From positions 248,001-312,000 of the forward strand of contig NIVC01000527.1 in NCBI GenBank assembly GCA_002269645.1: a stretch of 64,000 bases of DNA, given 5' to 3'. The stretch's first letter is position 1; every line of letters starts with the position of its first letter. This document shows, piece after piece, positions 63,142-64,000 of this stretch. Under the pieces are notes generated by a model, which saw nothing but the letters and a program-made list of their open reading frames with translations, was not told the origin of the DNA and did no database searches. The translations under genes were made by a program, and so were the position numbers. The stretch is from Macrostomum lignano (Eukaryota).

Positions 63142-63852
63142 GCCACACGTCAGCCGATTCAGTCCCGGCCATCGACGCAGCATTCGCGGCACGCCATCAC
63201 CGCCGCGTCCGAGCGCAGCGCCACCAACGCCGCCGCGTCGGAGTGCAGCGCCACCGCCCCCGCTTCAAACCGCAGCGCCGCCCGCGCGTCGAAGCGCAGC
63301 GCCACCACCGCCGCCGCGTCGGAGCGCAGCGCCACCACCGCCGCCGCGTCCGAGCGCAGCGCCACCAACGCCGCCGCGTCGGAGTGCAGCGCCACCGCCC
63401 CCGCTTCAAACCGCAGCGCAGCCCGCGCGTCGAAGCGCAGCGCCACCACCGCCGCCGCGTCGGAGCGCAGCGCCACCAACGCCGCCGCGTCCGAGCGCAG
63501 CGCCACCGCCCCCGCGTCGGAGCGCAGCGGCACCACTGCACCAAGCAATCACAACACCTGGCAGCCAAGTGTCATGGTGCTTGCCTTTTGGCCTGGCGAT
63601 GGTGAGCAGTGGTGGCCTGCAATTGTCTGCTTGCCGCCAAGAGGCAAATTAGCTACACGTGGCAACCGCGTCCATGTGCAGTTTTTGGACGAGCCCCCAA
63701 GCCGGGATTGGGTCGACAACGTGCGGCCCGCGGCAAACCATGGCATTGGCTTCTAGGCTAAAAGCCAGGACTTCATCCTTTGCATGAAGAAGCTGAAGCT
63801 GGCTTTAAAAATGTCGAGATTGGAGCGCCTCGAGCACTTTTTGAAAGTTTAA
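63142..63852 (+). CDS. last exon: Ala/Ser/Arg repeat linker + PWWP-like domain, with in-frame TAG at 63754-63756
   Basis: ttag|gcc is in frame with VLAFWPGDGEQWWPAIV...RVHVQFLDEPPSRDWV (cf. MSH6 PWWP RVHVQFFDDSPTRGWV). After the TAG the frame continues AKSQDFILCMKKLKLALKMSRLERLEHFLKV to TAA 63850-63852. Confidence 0.72.
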
Positions 63853-64000
63853 CTGACTAGTAACTATAACTAACTAGCTAGTAACTAGTAACTAGCACTC
63901 AAACAAGTTCGCAAAATTTTACTAATTGCATTTTCTTCAATTAAATCTCGAAATATACTCGTATTATAATTAGCTAATTTGTTTGTCAGCACAAAGAAAA

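Overview
Eukaryotic (metazoan) genomic DNA with GC-rich exons and introns or spacers packed with unrelated mini- and microsatellites. The style suggests a free-living flatworm such as Macrostomum; this is inference, not proven. Host genes: a K-Cl cotransporter (SLC12A4-7/KCC; minus strand, 3' end outside the window, two candidate first exons), an intronless TAX1BP3-like PDZ gene (+), a RECQL/RECQ1 helicase (-) with no visible ATG exon, and CCDC22 (-) directly upstream of RECQL. Mobile DNA: two tRNA-headed SINE families, a truncated mariner, and a full-length LOA/R1-type non-LTR retrotransposon with a 14-bp target-site duplication. The most notable item is not shown by the ORF track. It is a spliced + strand gene (about 51741-63852) whose exons assemble into C2H2 finger + tyrosine recombinase (R-K-TxxR-H-Y) + PWWP chromatin-reader domain, a Crypton-like recombinase with the retrotransposon in one intron. 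Also notable are three dispersed decayed copies of the same 28S rRNA segment spanning the R2/I-PpoI target site. All exon boundaries were read by hand and no database searches were run. Family assignments rest on remembered motifs.
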